Under the pieces are notes generated by a model. It ran no database searches, was not told where the DNA came from, and worked only from the letters and a program-made list of their open reading frames with translations. Below are positions 47,625 through 59,496 of a stretch of DNA of 64,000 nt, in pieces. The first letter of the stretch is position 1; each line of letters begins with the position of its first letter. Location of the stretch: NCBI GenBank assembly GCA_030390025.1, contig CM059427.1, positions 188,542,001-188,606,000 of the forward strand, written 5' to 3'. This DNA comes from Squalus acanthias. Taxonomy: Eukaryota. Position numbers and translations under genes: made by a program.

Positions 47625-50300
47625 TGATGCGGAGATGCCGGTGTTGGACTGGGGTGGACAAAATTGAGAGGTCGCACAACACCAGGTTATAGTCCAACAG
47701 TTTTATTTGAAATCACAAGCTTTCGGAGCTATCGATTTGCTCCTTCCTCAGGTGAAGTAAATTAGATACAGAATCTCCAAAGCATATATAGATGGAAAAC
47801 AAAGAATGTGTACTTTACAATTGCAGACCAATAAATTAAATCATCCTGACTATCTGCCGAGGTGTGATAAAGTTAATTAAGTCAGCCAGGAAGGTACCAC
47901 ATCAAAGACATAGCAAGATACAACTGAGACAATGAGGTGTAGTCGCAGGGGTTCTAACGTGTCAAAAGCTGCCGTCTGTATGTAAAACGAAAAGCTTTAA
48001 CATTTTTTTACTTTTTTACTGGGAAAATTTTTACTTTTTTTACTGGGAATCACATCTGTGAACAAGCTAACGACGACTCGAGTCCGGATCACGTCATGTA
48101 TCGTGACATAAACCCAAGATCCCGATTGAGACCGTCTTCATGAGTGCGGAACTTGGCTATCAGTTTCTGCTCGATGATTTTGCGTTGTCGTGTGTTTCTA
48201 AGGTTGCCTTGGAGAACGCTTACCCGCAGATCCGAGGCTGAATGTCCTTGACTGCTGAAGTGTTCCCCGACTGGGAGGTAACAATCCTGCCTGGCGATTG
48301 TTGCGCGGTGCTCGTTCATACGTTGTCTCAGTGTCTGCATGGTCTCGCCGATGTACCATGCCGCGGTGCATTCTTTCCTGCAACGTATGAGGTAGACAAC
48401 GTTGGCCGAGTCACATGAGTATGTACCATGTACCTGGTGGGTAGTGTCCTCACGTGTGATGGTGGTGTCTGTGTTGATGATCTGGCATGTCTTGCAGAGT
48501 TTGCCATGGCAGGGTTGTGTGGTGTCGTGGTCGCTGTTATCCTGAAAGCTGGGTAATTTGCTGCGAACGATGGTACTTCTGAGGTTAGGCGGCTGTTTGA
48601 AGGCAAGTAGTGGAGGCATGGGGATGGCCTTAGCGAGGTGTTTGTCGTCATCGATGACATGTTGAAGGCTGCGAAGAACATGGCGTAGTTTCTCCGCTCC
48701 GGGGAAGTACTGGACGACGTAGGGTACCCTGTTGGTTGTGTCCCGTGTTTGCCTTCTGAGGAGGTCTATGCGATTTTTCGCTGTGGCCCGTCGGAACTGT
48801 CGATCGATGAGTCGAGCGTCATATCCCGTTCTTACGAGGGCGTTTTTCAGCGTCCGTAGGTGTCCATCGCGTTCCTCCTCGTCTGAGCAGATCCTGTGTA
48901 TTCGCAGGGCTTGTCCATAGGGGATGGCTTCTTTAACATGGTTAGGGTGGAAGCTGGAGAAGTGGAGCATCGTGAGGTTGTCCGTGGGCTTGCGGTAGAG
49001 TGAAGTGCTGAGGTGTCCGTCTTTGATGGAGATTCGTGTGTCCAGGAATGAGACTGATTCTGAGGAGTAGTCCATGGTGAGTTTGATGGTGGGATGGAAC
49101 TTGTTTATGTTATCGTGTAGTCTTTTCAGTGATCCTTCGCCATGGGTCCAAAGGAAGAAAATGTCGTCGATGTATCTGGTATACAGCGTTGGCTGGAGGT
49201 CCTGTGCAGCGAAGAAGTCTTGCTCGAACTTGTGCATGAAGATGTTGGCGTATTGGGGTGCGAATTTGGTCCCCATGGCTGTTCCGTGTGTTTGGGTAAA
49301 AAAATGGTTGTCGAAGGTGAAGACATTGTGGTCAAGGATGAAGCGGATGAGTTGTAGGATGGCGTCTGGAGATTGGCTGTTGTTGATGTTGAGTACTGAG
49401 GCTGTTGCAGCGATGCCGTCATCGTGGGGGATACTGGTGTAGAGTGCCGATACGTCCATCGTGGCAAGGAGTGTTCCTGGTTCAACTGGTCCGTGGGTGC
49501 TGAGTTTCTGTAAGAAGTCTGTAGTGTCGCGACAGAAGCTGGGGGTTCCCTGTACGATGGGTTTCAGAATGCCCTCGACGTATCCAGAGAGGTTCTCACA
49601 CAGGGTTCCATTGCCTGATACGATAGGACGTCTGAGACAACGTATGAACGAGCACCGCGCAACAATCGCCAGGCAGGATTGTTACCTCCCAGTCGGGGAA
49701 CACTTCAGCAGTCAAGGACATTCAGCCTCGGATCTGCGGGTAAGCGTTCTCCAAGGCAACCTTAGAAACACACGACAACGCAAAATCATCGAGCAGAAAC
49801 TGATAGCCAAGTTCCGCACTCATGAAGACGGTCTCAATCGGGATCTTGGGTTTATGTCACGATACATGACGTGATCCGGACTCGAGTCGTCGTTAGCTTG
49901 TTCACAGATGTGATTCCCAGTAAAAAAAGTAAAAATTTTCCCAGTAAAAAAGTAAAAAAATGTTAAAGCTTTTCGTTTTACATACAGACGGCAGCTTTTG
50001 ACACGTTAGAACCCCTGCGACTACACCTCATTGTCTCAGTTGTATCTTGCTATGTCTTTGATGTGGTACCTTCCTGGCTGACTTAATTAACTTTATCACA
50101 CCTCGGCAGATAGTCAGGATGATTTAATTTATTGGTCTGCAATTGTAAAGTACACATTCTTTGTTTTCCATCTATATATGCTTTGGAGATTCTGTATCTA
50201 ATTTACTTCACCTGAGGAAGGAGCAAATCGATAGCTCCGAAAGCTTGTGATTTCAAATAAAACTGTTGGACTATAACCTGGTGTTGTGCGACCTCTCAAT
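47625..50300 (-). mobile_element. Penelope-like element, 5'-truncated, with inverted pLTR
   Basis: 49633-50300 is the reverse complement of about 47662-48331; TSD (T)TCTATGAGATA. Confidence 0.95.
48089..49630 (-). CDS. Penelope RT plus GIY-YIG endonuclease, 5'-truncated but stop-free
   Basis: RPIVS, DVSALYTSIP, GTAMG, RYIDD, FLD, YRKPT; NVVYLIRC, WYIGET, R.R..EH, GLN. Confidence 0.95.
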   Translation of the reverse strand, partial: RPIVSGNGTLCENLSGYVEGILKPIVQGTPSFCRDTTDFLQKLSTHGPVEPGTLLATMDVSALYTSIPHDDGIAATASVLNINNSQSPDAILQLIRFILDHNVFTFDNHFFTQTHGTAMGTKFAPQYANIFMHKFEQDFFAAQDLQPTLYTRYIDDIFFLWTHGEGSLKRLHDNINKFHPTIKLTMDYSSESVSFLDTRISIKDGHLSTSLYRKPTDNLTMLHFSSFHPNHVKEAIPYGQALRIHRICSDEEERDGHLRTLKNALVRTGYDARLIDRQFRRATAKNRIDLLRRQTRDTTNRVPYVVQYFPGAEKLRHVLRSLQHVIDDDKHLAKAIPMPPLLAFKQPPNLRSTIVRSKLPSFQDNSDHDTTQPCHGKLCKTCQIINTDTTITREDTTHQVHGTYSCDSANVVYLIRCRKECTAAWYIGETMQTLRQRMNEHRATIARQDCYLPVGEHFSSQGHSASDLRVSVLQGNLRNTRQRKIIEQKLIAKFRTHEDGLNRDLGFMSRYMT

Positions 50301-50806
50301 TCTATGAGATAGCCAGTTACTTATCCAATCGGCCAAATTTCCCTCTATCCCACAACTCCTTACTTTCTTCATGAGCCGACCATGGGGAACCTTATCAAAC
50401 GCCTTACTAAAATCCATGTATACGACATCAACTGCTCTACCTTCATCTACACACTTAGTTACCTCCTCAAAGAATTCAATCAAATTTGTTAGGCAAGACT
50501 TACCCTTCACGAATCCGTGTTGACTATCCCTGATTAAGTTGCCCCTTTCCAAATGGTCATAAATCCTATCCCTCAGGACCTTTTCCATTATCTTACCAAC
50601 CACCGAAGTAAGACTAACCGGCCTATAATTACCAGGGTCATTCCTATTTCCTTTCTTGAAGAGAGGAACAACATTCGCCACTCTCCAGTCCTCTGGCACC
50701 ATTCCCGTGGACAGTGAGGACCCAAAGATCAAAGCCAGACCCATTGTCAGGCAGATATAGATGGAATACATCATTCGAGGTACAATTATGGGGAAGGAGA
50801 GAGATG

Positions 50807-51037
50807 CCCTGACCTGCTCTGTCTCTGATGTCACTGAATCAATGACATTTGTTTGGATCAGAAACTAAAGCAACATTGTTGAAGAGAAATCGTTCAATGG
50901 ATGGAATTGGGAAGGGAAATCATTGAGACTGATTATTCAGAAAGCTGACAGAGACAGAGGGAACTGGATATGTGTTTTGTTTTATCAAAACAGCCCCAGG
51001 TTTTACCCCTGTACTATCTGGAGCCCAGTGCTAAGTG
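50807..51037 (+). pseudogene. Decayed duplicate of the D4 exon
   Basis: LTCSVSDVTESM.FVWIRN*...LRLIIQKADRDRGNWICVLF; in-frame TAA, late frameshift, donor altered to GCTAAGT, no acceptor. Confidence 0.9.
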
Positions 51038-52704
51038 ACTCCGCGTTTGCGCTCAACAGAAAATTCTTGTCACTAATTGTTCTTTTTACCAGAGATGACC
51101 CCTCATCCTTTGTGTCCTATTTCTCTCCACTATTGCTCACAGCCTCCACATTCATAATTATTCACACCACAGTTTGAAACCACAAGAAATGCCACACAGT
51201 GGCTCAGACACATTGGGGGTAATTTTGACTTCGGGCGATAGAGTCAAACGAGCGATATCGGATCAGCCGCCCGTTATACATCGCTCCTGATTTTCAGTTC
51301 CATTGATTTCAAAGTCAAAATTGTATCGGAAGGTTGGAAGGAGTGTGCAGTTTCAGATATGGAGGCTGAAGGCATGTGGCCTGATCAGAGAGTAAGGAGA
51401 GGGAAGAGTATGTTTCCTGTCTCGCCGCCCATGATTTTCTGATCAGCACGGGCTGTGTGTGAGGTTCTATCACTGGTGCAGAGCCTCAGAAAATCTACCC
51501 TCAGATAACTCAGCACAGCCTGGGATCGAGTTTGGTACCTTCCCGGTCCGTATGTCTCAGATACGCATTGAGACAAGGCAAGCATTTATTTTTGAGAGCA
51601 AAATGGTACAGAAGCCATTTCCGTTGGTTTTCTGACCCAAAATCAATCCGAATCTTTAGGCAGAATGTTAAAAAAAAAATCACAGCAAAAAGCAATTCGC
51701 AGCTGCAAAAATTGCAATTGAATGTCTCCAAACTTCAGGCTCAGAGAAACTCTTCTTCTCTGCCTGTCTCAGCTGATCCTGGAAACATCGGAGCCTCATC
51801 ACTCTCATTCTAACTGAGGGCTCGTGCACTGTGAGCACAAGAGCAGGAAACTTGAGGCTCTGGGCGGCCTCCTGAAACAGGCTTTAGGTGTCTTGCACAT
51901 GTAATTCTGGGTCCTATTGCCAACTGGAGGACCCCGATTGAAATTGGTGGACAGATGGGCGGAGTTTATGCCGGGCCAGCTCCAGCTCACTGTACCAGGT
52001 TTTGAGTGGATGAACCACTGGTGTTTAACAGGACCATTGGAGGCCACTCAAGAAATGGCCGGAAAATCTTTTAACAGTTACATTTCTGTGGAGCCAGGGG
52101 GAGATGGAGTGCTTCTCCTGGCTCCACAATAATACTGTGGCCTGGGTTCGACCTCCACACAAGCCCACGGGTTTGGCTCCCCAAAGGACCTACCTGTGGG
52201 CTGGTTCAGCATCGAAGCTGGCTGGAATTCATCAGGACCCCACTGGGACACAACGATTGGCATCTGCGTATCGTCTGTTTCATTCTAATGAGAGCTGATG
52301 GTGAATTTCATCTGGCCCCAGGCCGGCAGGGATCGGCGCTCAAAGCAATCACTTCGCCAACTCGATGCCCATTTTGGGACAAAGTTCAATTTCTCAGACT
52401 TGGAACCTGCAGATTTAAAAGCAGAGGAATGAAAGGGGACCTTAAAGAGCTTTATAAGATAATGAATGGAACAGAAAATATTGGTCTGGAGGAAAATCTC
52501 TGGACTGGTATAAGAGGCAGTTGGAGACTGTGATGATGAGACTGTAAGATTACATCGAAGGATTAGCTGGAGGAACCGACTATCTTCCCTCATCCCTTGT
52601 CTTTATTTATCCTCATAATAATAAGGTTGAGTCCATGAGGGTGCTGCCAGAAAATGAAAAGTGAAGGTGTAGTGTTAGGAGATTTAAATCAGTCAGGAAA
52701 TAAT

Positions 52705-53469
52705 GGCCCAAAAATTCGGCTGAATACGGGAGAGTACGAACTGTGCACTCTCGCGTATTCAGTCCCGAAGTGCCGGTTTTCTGCATGCACTGCGCATGCA
52801 CAGAAAACCGGCACTTCCGGTATGGCGAAGGGGGCGGTTCCTAAGTGAACCGCGTGTGCACTACAGGCTGTGCGCACGCAGCACACTTAGGTTTTTTTTC
52901 AGGTTTCAATACGAAGGTAAGTATGGAAGATTTTACACATGAAGAAAGGAGGCGTAAGACCCCCTTTTAACGAGGTAAGTAGTTAATGAAGTATTGTTTT
53001 ACATTTTTTTCAAAAGGTTTATCTTTTTTAGAGACTTTAAAGAAAGGTAGGTTTATTTTTATAACTTTTAAAAAGAATTTAAATTTTTTCAAAAATTTTA
53101 ATTTTTGTTTAAAGTGGTTAATTTATTTAACTATAGTTATTTTATTAATGTGATGTTTTTTTTTTAAATTTATTTGAGGTTTAGCTGTTCTTTTGGGGGC
53201 AATTTGTATTCATAGTTTTGACAGTTCTCCTGTCAAATCTATGAATGAAAGATGGTGTGCTGCCATTGGCTCTCCATGGCACACGTGATCCCAGAGGTCG
53301 CATCGAACTAACTGCGTCTCTGGGACACGCACACACTGCGCACCGGCACCAGGGAGAGGCCCAGGACCAGAAGTTCGTGTGGGCCCGAAACACAACGGCC
53401 GGCGCGGAGTGTGATATCGCGGGGGATCCATACCCCCACGGCAAGCCTCCGAGTCAAATTTCTGGGCCA
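52705..53469. mobile_element. Harbinger-type MITE
   Basis: TGGCCCAAAAATT...AATTTCTGGGCCA termini. Confidence 0.55.
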
Positions 53470-54576
53470 TTAAAAGGAGTAAAAAGCATCAATGGTACAT
53501 GGCTGAAATAAAGAACAGAGGGAAAAGAAACAAAAAGAAGCATCAGCTACACTGGGTTAAAAAAACCTCACAGGATTGAAGGAATCAAAAGCTTGTTAGA
53601 CCGTTAAACTTACTGTGAATGCAGCTCTATCACCAACGTTGTTTGTGCCGGATTCTCACACAGGTCTTGTGATTCACTGAGCAATGGGAATTCCGACAGA
53701 GTATCCGTGATAGGCACCAGACAGGAATTCACCACCTCAACAGCACTTGTACACGCACTGAGTGTTAATAATAGGCTCAGCAATATTACAAGGCAAGGTT
53801 TCACAACCAGCAGCACAGTGCGTGGATCCTGCGTTCGCTCCCACACTAGAAACCCCGCCAGAGGAACTTGGGGTCGATGTGAACTATCGGGTGTCTGACC
53901 GGCGGAGCGGGAGGGCGATGGACGGCCGCCCGATGGTGCTGACGGCAGGCCCGGTCCATGTTGACGGACGGGCCTCATTCGCATCACGCCGGCAGGCCTT
54001 GGGCAGAAATCGATGGGCCTACCGCCTGACTCCGCCCACCCAGCGCTAGGCCCGGGAGAAGATCGCCGCGGCAACAGTGACTGCAGGAATGGGGGGAAGG
54101 GGGGCTGAGCCATTCCCGGCCATTTTCCGGGACATTACCATCCCGATTCCACCAGCCGGGAGGCCTCAAAATTCAACCGCTCACTCCCTGAACAGTGGGA
54201 TTATAGGTCATTGAATACAATGGCACATTGAGGCTTGCAAACCAGATATTAGAGAAGACAATGACATTGATATGGAGAGTAAACTAAAGACAAATGATTG
54301 GGGATAACATGGAAGATCACATTCAATGTTCTGTTTAATAGTTTAAAATGAGGTTTGATAATCTTTACCATGATCAATGCCATGGGAGATGACCCAGTCT
54401 AACATAACTATAATGGAAGTCTGTCTACTGATGATATTGTCCACCTCATCTAGTGTTACAATATTATATTGATTAAGATTTTGAAATAAAATAGTAAATT
54501 AAATGTACCATAGATAAACATTACAACAACACACAAAACTTTCAAAAACATGCGTGGTAGCACTGTTAAACATTAA

Positions 54577-55419
54577 GGGCTGGATTTTCAATGACCCGTG
54601 GAGTCGGGTTTGGAGGCGGGGGGGGGTTGAAGTTGCAGATTCGGGGGTCCCGACCCCATCCCGCCTCCAACCCACCTCCATGCCAGTTTCTCTGGCGGCG
54701 GGTACCCGACCTGTGCTGAAACCCGACTCCCCGAGGCGGGAAGGGTTTAGTGACAATTAACTGCCTGTTAACAGGTAGTTAACAGGCAGCTTTTTGCATA
54801 ATCCCTATTTTAAAAAGAAAAGTGTGGGCTTCCCGACAGGTGGCAACCACGCCAAGTTATCGGGGCAGGCCGTGGGTCTGCAGGGGTTGGAGGGGTCGAT
54901 ATGTCCAGTGGGCAGGTGAGTGATGGGTGCATGTGTGCAGAGGTAAGTGTGTAAGGTAAGTGCTAAGTGTTGGAAAAAGTTTTACTTACCTTAACTTCCT
55001 CCTGCAGGTGTCAGCCCTTCAGTTCTCGGGAGTTAGAAATCTCACCGGCACAGAAAGCAGGAAAGCCGTGGTTCTGTCAAAAACTGCATCCTTCTGTTTT
55101 CTGTGCTGGAATGATTTCTAACTCAGCCTGAGAGGAAGCACTGAAGTTAGAAATCATATTGTCAGTGTTTGACAGCTTCACAAAGCTGTCAAACGCTGAT
55201 ATTTCATCTGTCAAAAGCTCTTGACAGATAAAATGTCAGTCTGTGACGTCACCTGTTGCCGGGTGGCCCTTAATTGGCCTGCTGAGCCCACTGGGCAGGT
55301 TCAACAAGGTCAATCAAGGGAAAATACAGTGGGTTGGCCACATCTCGATGGAGGCGGGTTCACAAGCCAGAATGTATGATTCCCGACCCCAACCCGACCC
55401 CAGATACAAAATTCAGCCC
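54577..55419. mobile_element. Harbinger/PIF MITE
   Basis: GGGCTGGATTTT...AAAATTCAGCCC TIRs and TAA TSD on both sides. Confidence 0.8.
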
Positions 55420-55937
55420 TAATAGTTTCAACAAAATAGCACTTTGTCAAAATAGGTGTTTTTTAAGTGAATGCCAGTTACAGATCTGTGGCTGTCTCAC
55501 ACCTTGATGGTTAATGTCTCCCCAGACAGCACAGCCGAGATTGGGAACTCGCCACCTGGGGAATCTCAGGTGTGAATCTGTATTCTGCCACTCTGGTCAG
55601 GACAACACTTTCACATCCAGTTTGACAGTTTAGATAATGAATGACCCAATTTTGAGTTTATTCACTCCCTTTTCATTCACTCAGAGCTGCTCACTTTAAT
55701 TCTAAACCATTGCACCCACAAGAATCTGTTGAAAATAGTCAAATCCAAACACATAAAATGTGACAAAAAGAACACAACGTGGACTTGGTCTTGATGGAAA
55801 TATTTGGTTCTCTGGCTCCCAGTGTTTAAAGCAAAATGTTTTCACTTTCCACATCTTTTATAGAATGACTGGCAGGAGTATTTAAATATTAAACGAGATG
55901 GAGAGTGAAACTAAAATATCAACTTTGTCCTTCACAG

Positions 55938-56041
55938 TGAGACCACTTCCGGAGATTTGGATCATCACAGTTTCGGGCTACTTGTTGGTTATTCTGGGCG
56001 TTGCTGTTGGACTAATTTGCTGCTTGAAGAGGATGACCAGA
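55938..56041 (+). CDS. CD4/LAG-3-like Ig gene, transmembrane exon
   Basis: Acceptor GTCCTTCACAG, donor AGA|GTAAGA, phase 1-0; MRPLPEIWIITVSGYLLVILGVAVGLICCLKRMTR. Confidence 0.85.
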
Positions 56042-56305
56042 GTAAGAATTTCTTTATCTTTCCAGTAAATCAGGAATTAGTGCCGAGCTGTCACTTGACA
56101 CTGAGAAAACTGATGTTCGTTGAACAGATATTATGTGGTCACAAACTGTATTTTAAAATTTCATTTAAATATTGTACATTGTATTGAATTTAAAGGAATC
56201 ATCAGTTAAAGGAAGCAATTGTTCCAAATTGTGTGAATTCTTATAGCTTTGAATATTTTTCCTGATTCAAACGGCAATAACTTCCCTGCTCCCACTTTCC
56301 ATCAG

Positions 56306-56356
56306 GCTCTGAGGAAGGAATCAGGGAGATCTCGGAGGGCCATACCTGATTATTAA
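56306..56356 (+). CDS. Candidate last exon A: cytoplasmic ALRKESGRSRRAIPDY*
   Basis: Acceptor CCCACTTTCCATCAG, phase 0, AATAAA at 56509. Confidence 0.55.
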   Translation, partial: ALRKESGRSRRAIPDY

Positions 56357-57054
56357 TGAATGGACAATGCTCAAACTAGGAGCCCAAACTTTTAATATGT
56401 TTCACTGATTATCACAAATATTCCTCTTGGAAATTAAGAACTTGATTGTCATCAGAAACCAATAATATGTGAACAGATGTTTGAAAATGAACAACCAGTA
56501 AAAATTGCAATAAACTGAACAGTAAGACTGTATTTAGTGAAAATTAATGATTATGAGAAACTTTACATCAGATCACAGCTCTGGGAGGTAACAAAAGAGA
56601 CAGAATCAGTAGCTTTAGTAGGAGAGCATTGTTCTGTCAGAAGCAGAGTTGTAAGTTCAAGGAGGTAACTTTACTGGTGAGGTCAGTCAACCACAGGGAG
56701 AACCTCTCAGAAATGTGGTCACACTATGGCCATGAACTTTGACCTCAATGGTGTGACCTTATTTTACATTCATACATTCATAGTAGGAAAAATCTTCCAC
56801 AATATCTGCTATCAGTAACTGGAGTTAGTTTATCATTTTAATCAGGTCTGTTCCTTCCAAATACTGAAGTTTATAATTGTTGAAATTATCTCATTAACAC
56901 TGAGCCAGTGATGTGTGGGTCATGGTCTGTTCTGTTGCCCATTCTGTAAAATTACTCCTCTATTCGACTTCCTCTTTATCCATCACTTCCAGTCCAGTGT
57001 TTATTATTGAAGGATAAGCTCTTTATTTAAAGCACATTTCTTGCCTCTTGTCAG

Positions 57055-57162
57055 ATATCGAACAGCGGGAATCCACCCGAGCCGACAGAAAATAAAACGG
57101 ATGATTCAGAAGAAGCCGTCGCATTACAGACCCTGAACTCTGATACTGATCTGAGATCATAG
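57055..57162 (+). CDS. Candidate last exon B: acidic tail ISNSGNPPEPTENKTDDSEEAVALQTLNSDTDLRS*
   Basis: Acceptor TTTCTTGCCTCTTGTCAG, phase 0, AATAAA at 57834. Confidence 0.55.
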   Translation: MSNSGNPPEPTENKTDDSEEAVALQTLNSDTDLRS

Positions 57163-58217
57163 ATTGACTGATACAGCACAGAAGGAGGCCATTCAGCCCA
57201 TTGTGCCTGTGCCCATCGAGATCTGCAGTCTATGGAAACTAGATCGACCCAACTTGGGAATCTTTAGAAATAGATTTGTGGTTTTATTCTGGAGTTATTT
57301 TGTGGGTTTTTTAATGTATCTAGTTTAGTTTATATCCCGAAGTGTCCATTTCAATAGTTCCCAGTCTCAGTATCTGTTACTTTACTTCACAAGTCCTAAC
57401 TTGCCAGGTCGCTGTAAGAAATTCTAATGGTGGAAAATCGTGCGGAGATTGGGCTGAATTCCTGATCTCCACTCGTGGCCGGTGAGGCTCCAGGCTGGGG
57501 ACACAGTTTTATAACTGTAGGGACTGACGGTGACCCAGTGGTACAGCCGTGTGTGGAGCTTGAAGTGCTGGGATGTGGATTTGTGACTGTGGGTCCCCAG
57601 TGAGTGATCTCAGCTGGACTCTCTCTGCAGAGGAGCTGAATGGAGCTGAGCTGCTACAAATGAGAAGGAATGAAACTCGGCTCAGTAAATATGGGCGTCT
57701 CCCCTGCACCTCCCAGCACCTGTTCACACAACGAGATCGCGGAATCTCCGGAGAAGGTTGTCTCCATGCTCCCACCCAGGGACTTGTTTGCAGCAGAGTG
57801 TGACTAAAAGATTAACAGAAAAGAAACAACATGAATAAAAGTTGTGGAAAAGTAAATCTGCAAATTAAAGTGGGAATGATTGCAGCTTTGGGAATGTTTT
57901 ATTAATTTATCCTTAACAATCATTTAAAAGCCCTGATAATCAATTGTTTGCTGATTTTACTGATAGATTGTGATGAAGAGATTGGTTTGGAATGGAATGG
58001 GAAAGTGTTTCCTTTTGTCATTGAATCTCTCCTGCCCTCCACCCTATCACAGACCTTCCCCTTTGTTCTTTCCTCCCCCTCTTTTCCCTGGCTCTCTACT
58101 TGCTTAAAAACAGTTAAATCTCTAACATCTGCCAGTTGTGTTGAAAGGTCATCGAGCTGAAACATTAACTCTCTTTCTCTCTCCACAGATGCTGCCTGTC
58201 CTGATGAGTGCTTTCCA

Positions 58218-59371
58218 TGTTAGAAACCAGGGGTGTTCAAAATGTATATGGTTTTACGGATAAAACTGTGACGCGAGTAATGCTGTATTTACATGATTGT
58301 ATTTGAACTAGAGACAGAAAGTCTCTCAGACTAGTATTAGAATAATTAGATAGGTGCGTAGAATCTGCCTATGTTTTGGTTCCCTGCGGATCTTATAGCA
58401 TTCTGCAGTGTGACGGTCATCAATAATCTTGTTTTCAAGTCAGGATTTCAACCTTGTTTATATTTCTCTAATTTGACCGACCAAGGCCCAATGTTATATT
58501 TCTTCCATTACTGCTAATAACCATATTATAATGCTAAGGTAGGATTTTGACTTTGTTTAACAAAACTGCTTTAAAATGCGTAAGTTAACCAGTGTATGAG
58601 AATAGAATAGAAGATATCTTTGGGAATTTAATGATTCATTCCATGGTACAATAGTCTGATAATGAAATAGTTAGTTTTGCATAGCTAAAGCTGCATGAAC
58701 AGCATGAGCATAAATAACTGATAACAAGCAGTTACAAACACCTGATGGCCAAGAATGGCATGTCCGACTCCAAACTAGGGAGGATTGAGACAAGAGAGAT
58801 AAGACATGAATTCCAAAGGAAGAGCCTTCAGAAAGATTAAACAATAAGACAAATTGAATGAGGTAATGAGACCCCCTTTTGGGGAGGGCTTTCATCCAAG
58901 AACCAAGACAAAGAACTTGAGCTGTCATTGGTTGATGAGGTTTTCGCGGAACCTCTATAGGTTAATTGGTCTTGTCAATAACTTGGCTTCAGGCCCACCA
59001 CTAAAAAGAGAATAAAAGTGACACCCTGAGTGCTTGTCCACACAGTCGGTGGAGGGGAGAGCCAGACAGAAGTTGAGCTGTTCAAACGCTCTTTTGAGAG
59101 TGATCCCATGCTCAATAACTCAAAGGCCCTAGAGAGAGAGAGAGAGAGAGAGAGGCCGGAAGCCAGAGAACTGTTCACGCACGCCAGCCGTCTGTCCGAT
59201 CAGGACCGGTACCAGCTTCTTGTCACGGTCGCATGTTTTTGCTGTGTAACTAGCATGTTATATTCCATCTTAAACTCTGATTAAACAAAACATACCCACC
59301 ATATTGGTTTGCAGTCGATGCTGATTATTTGAAAGACTAGAGATAAGCTACTAATTGGCCTAATCTCTACA
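58218..59371 (+). mobile_element. Solo LTR (third family) inserted in a Penelope tail remnant
   Basis: TGT...ACA termini, TSD TCCA, internal (GA)n, ATTAAA near the 3' end. Confidence 0.8.
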
Positions 59372-59496
59372 TCCAGCATTTTCTGTTTTTATTCCTCTTC
59401 AGCCATGTTGCAATAATGGGGTGAGTACATTTCCCTTTCATTTTGACTCCATTCTTTTAACCATTTATGGGAATGCATCTAAGGTAGTGGATCTGT

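Larger units (their letters stand above)
46557..50737 (-). mobile_element. Young CR1 LINE (46557-47624 plus 50301-50737) split by a Penelope insertion
   Basis: RT motifs continuous across the insertion (WISNWLSHR|RQRVVV); (TTCTATG)n tail. Confidence 0.95.

Noticed and set aside
49461-49874. Separate plus-strand GIY-YIG gene
   Set aside because: Only the inverted pLTR copy of the Penelope ORF end fused to antisense RT sequence
52903-52916. Micro-exon between D4 and TM
   Set aside because: Lies inside a MITE and is 14 nt long, so it would break the frame
29111-57162. Calling the gene CD4 or LAG3 outright
   Set aside because: No CxC/CxH or FxxL tail motif, unsplit Cys-free D1, YxC in D2, and no syntenic neighbours visible
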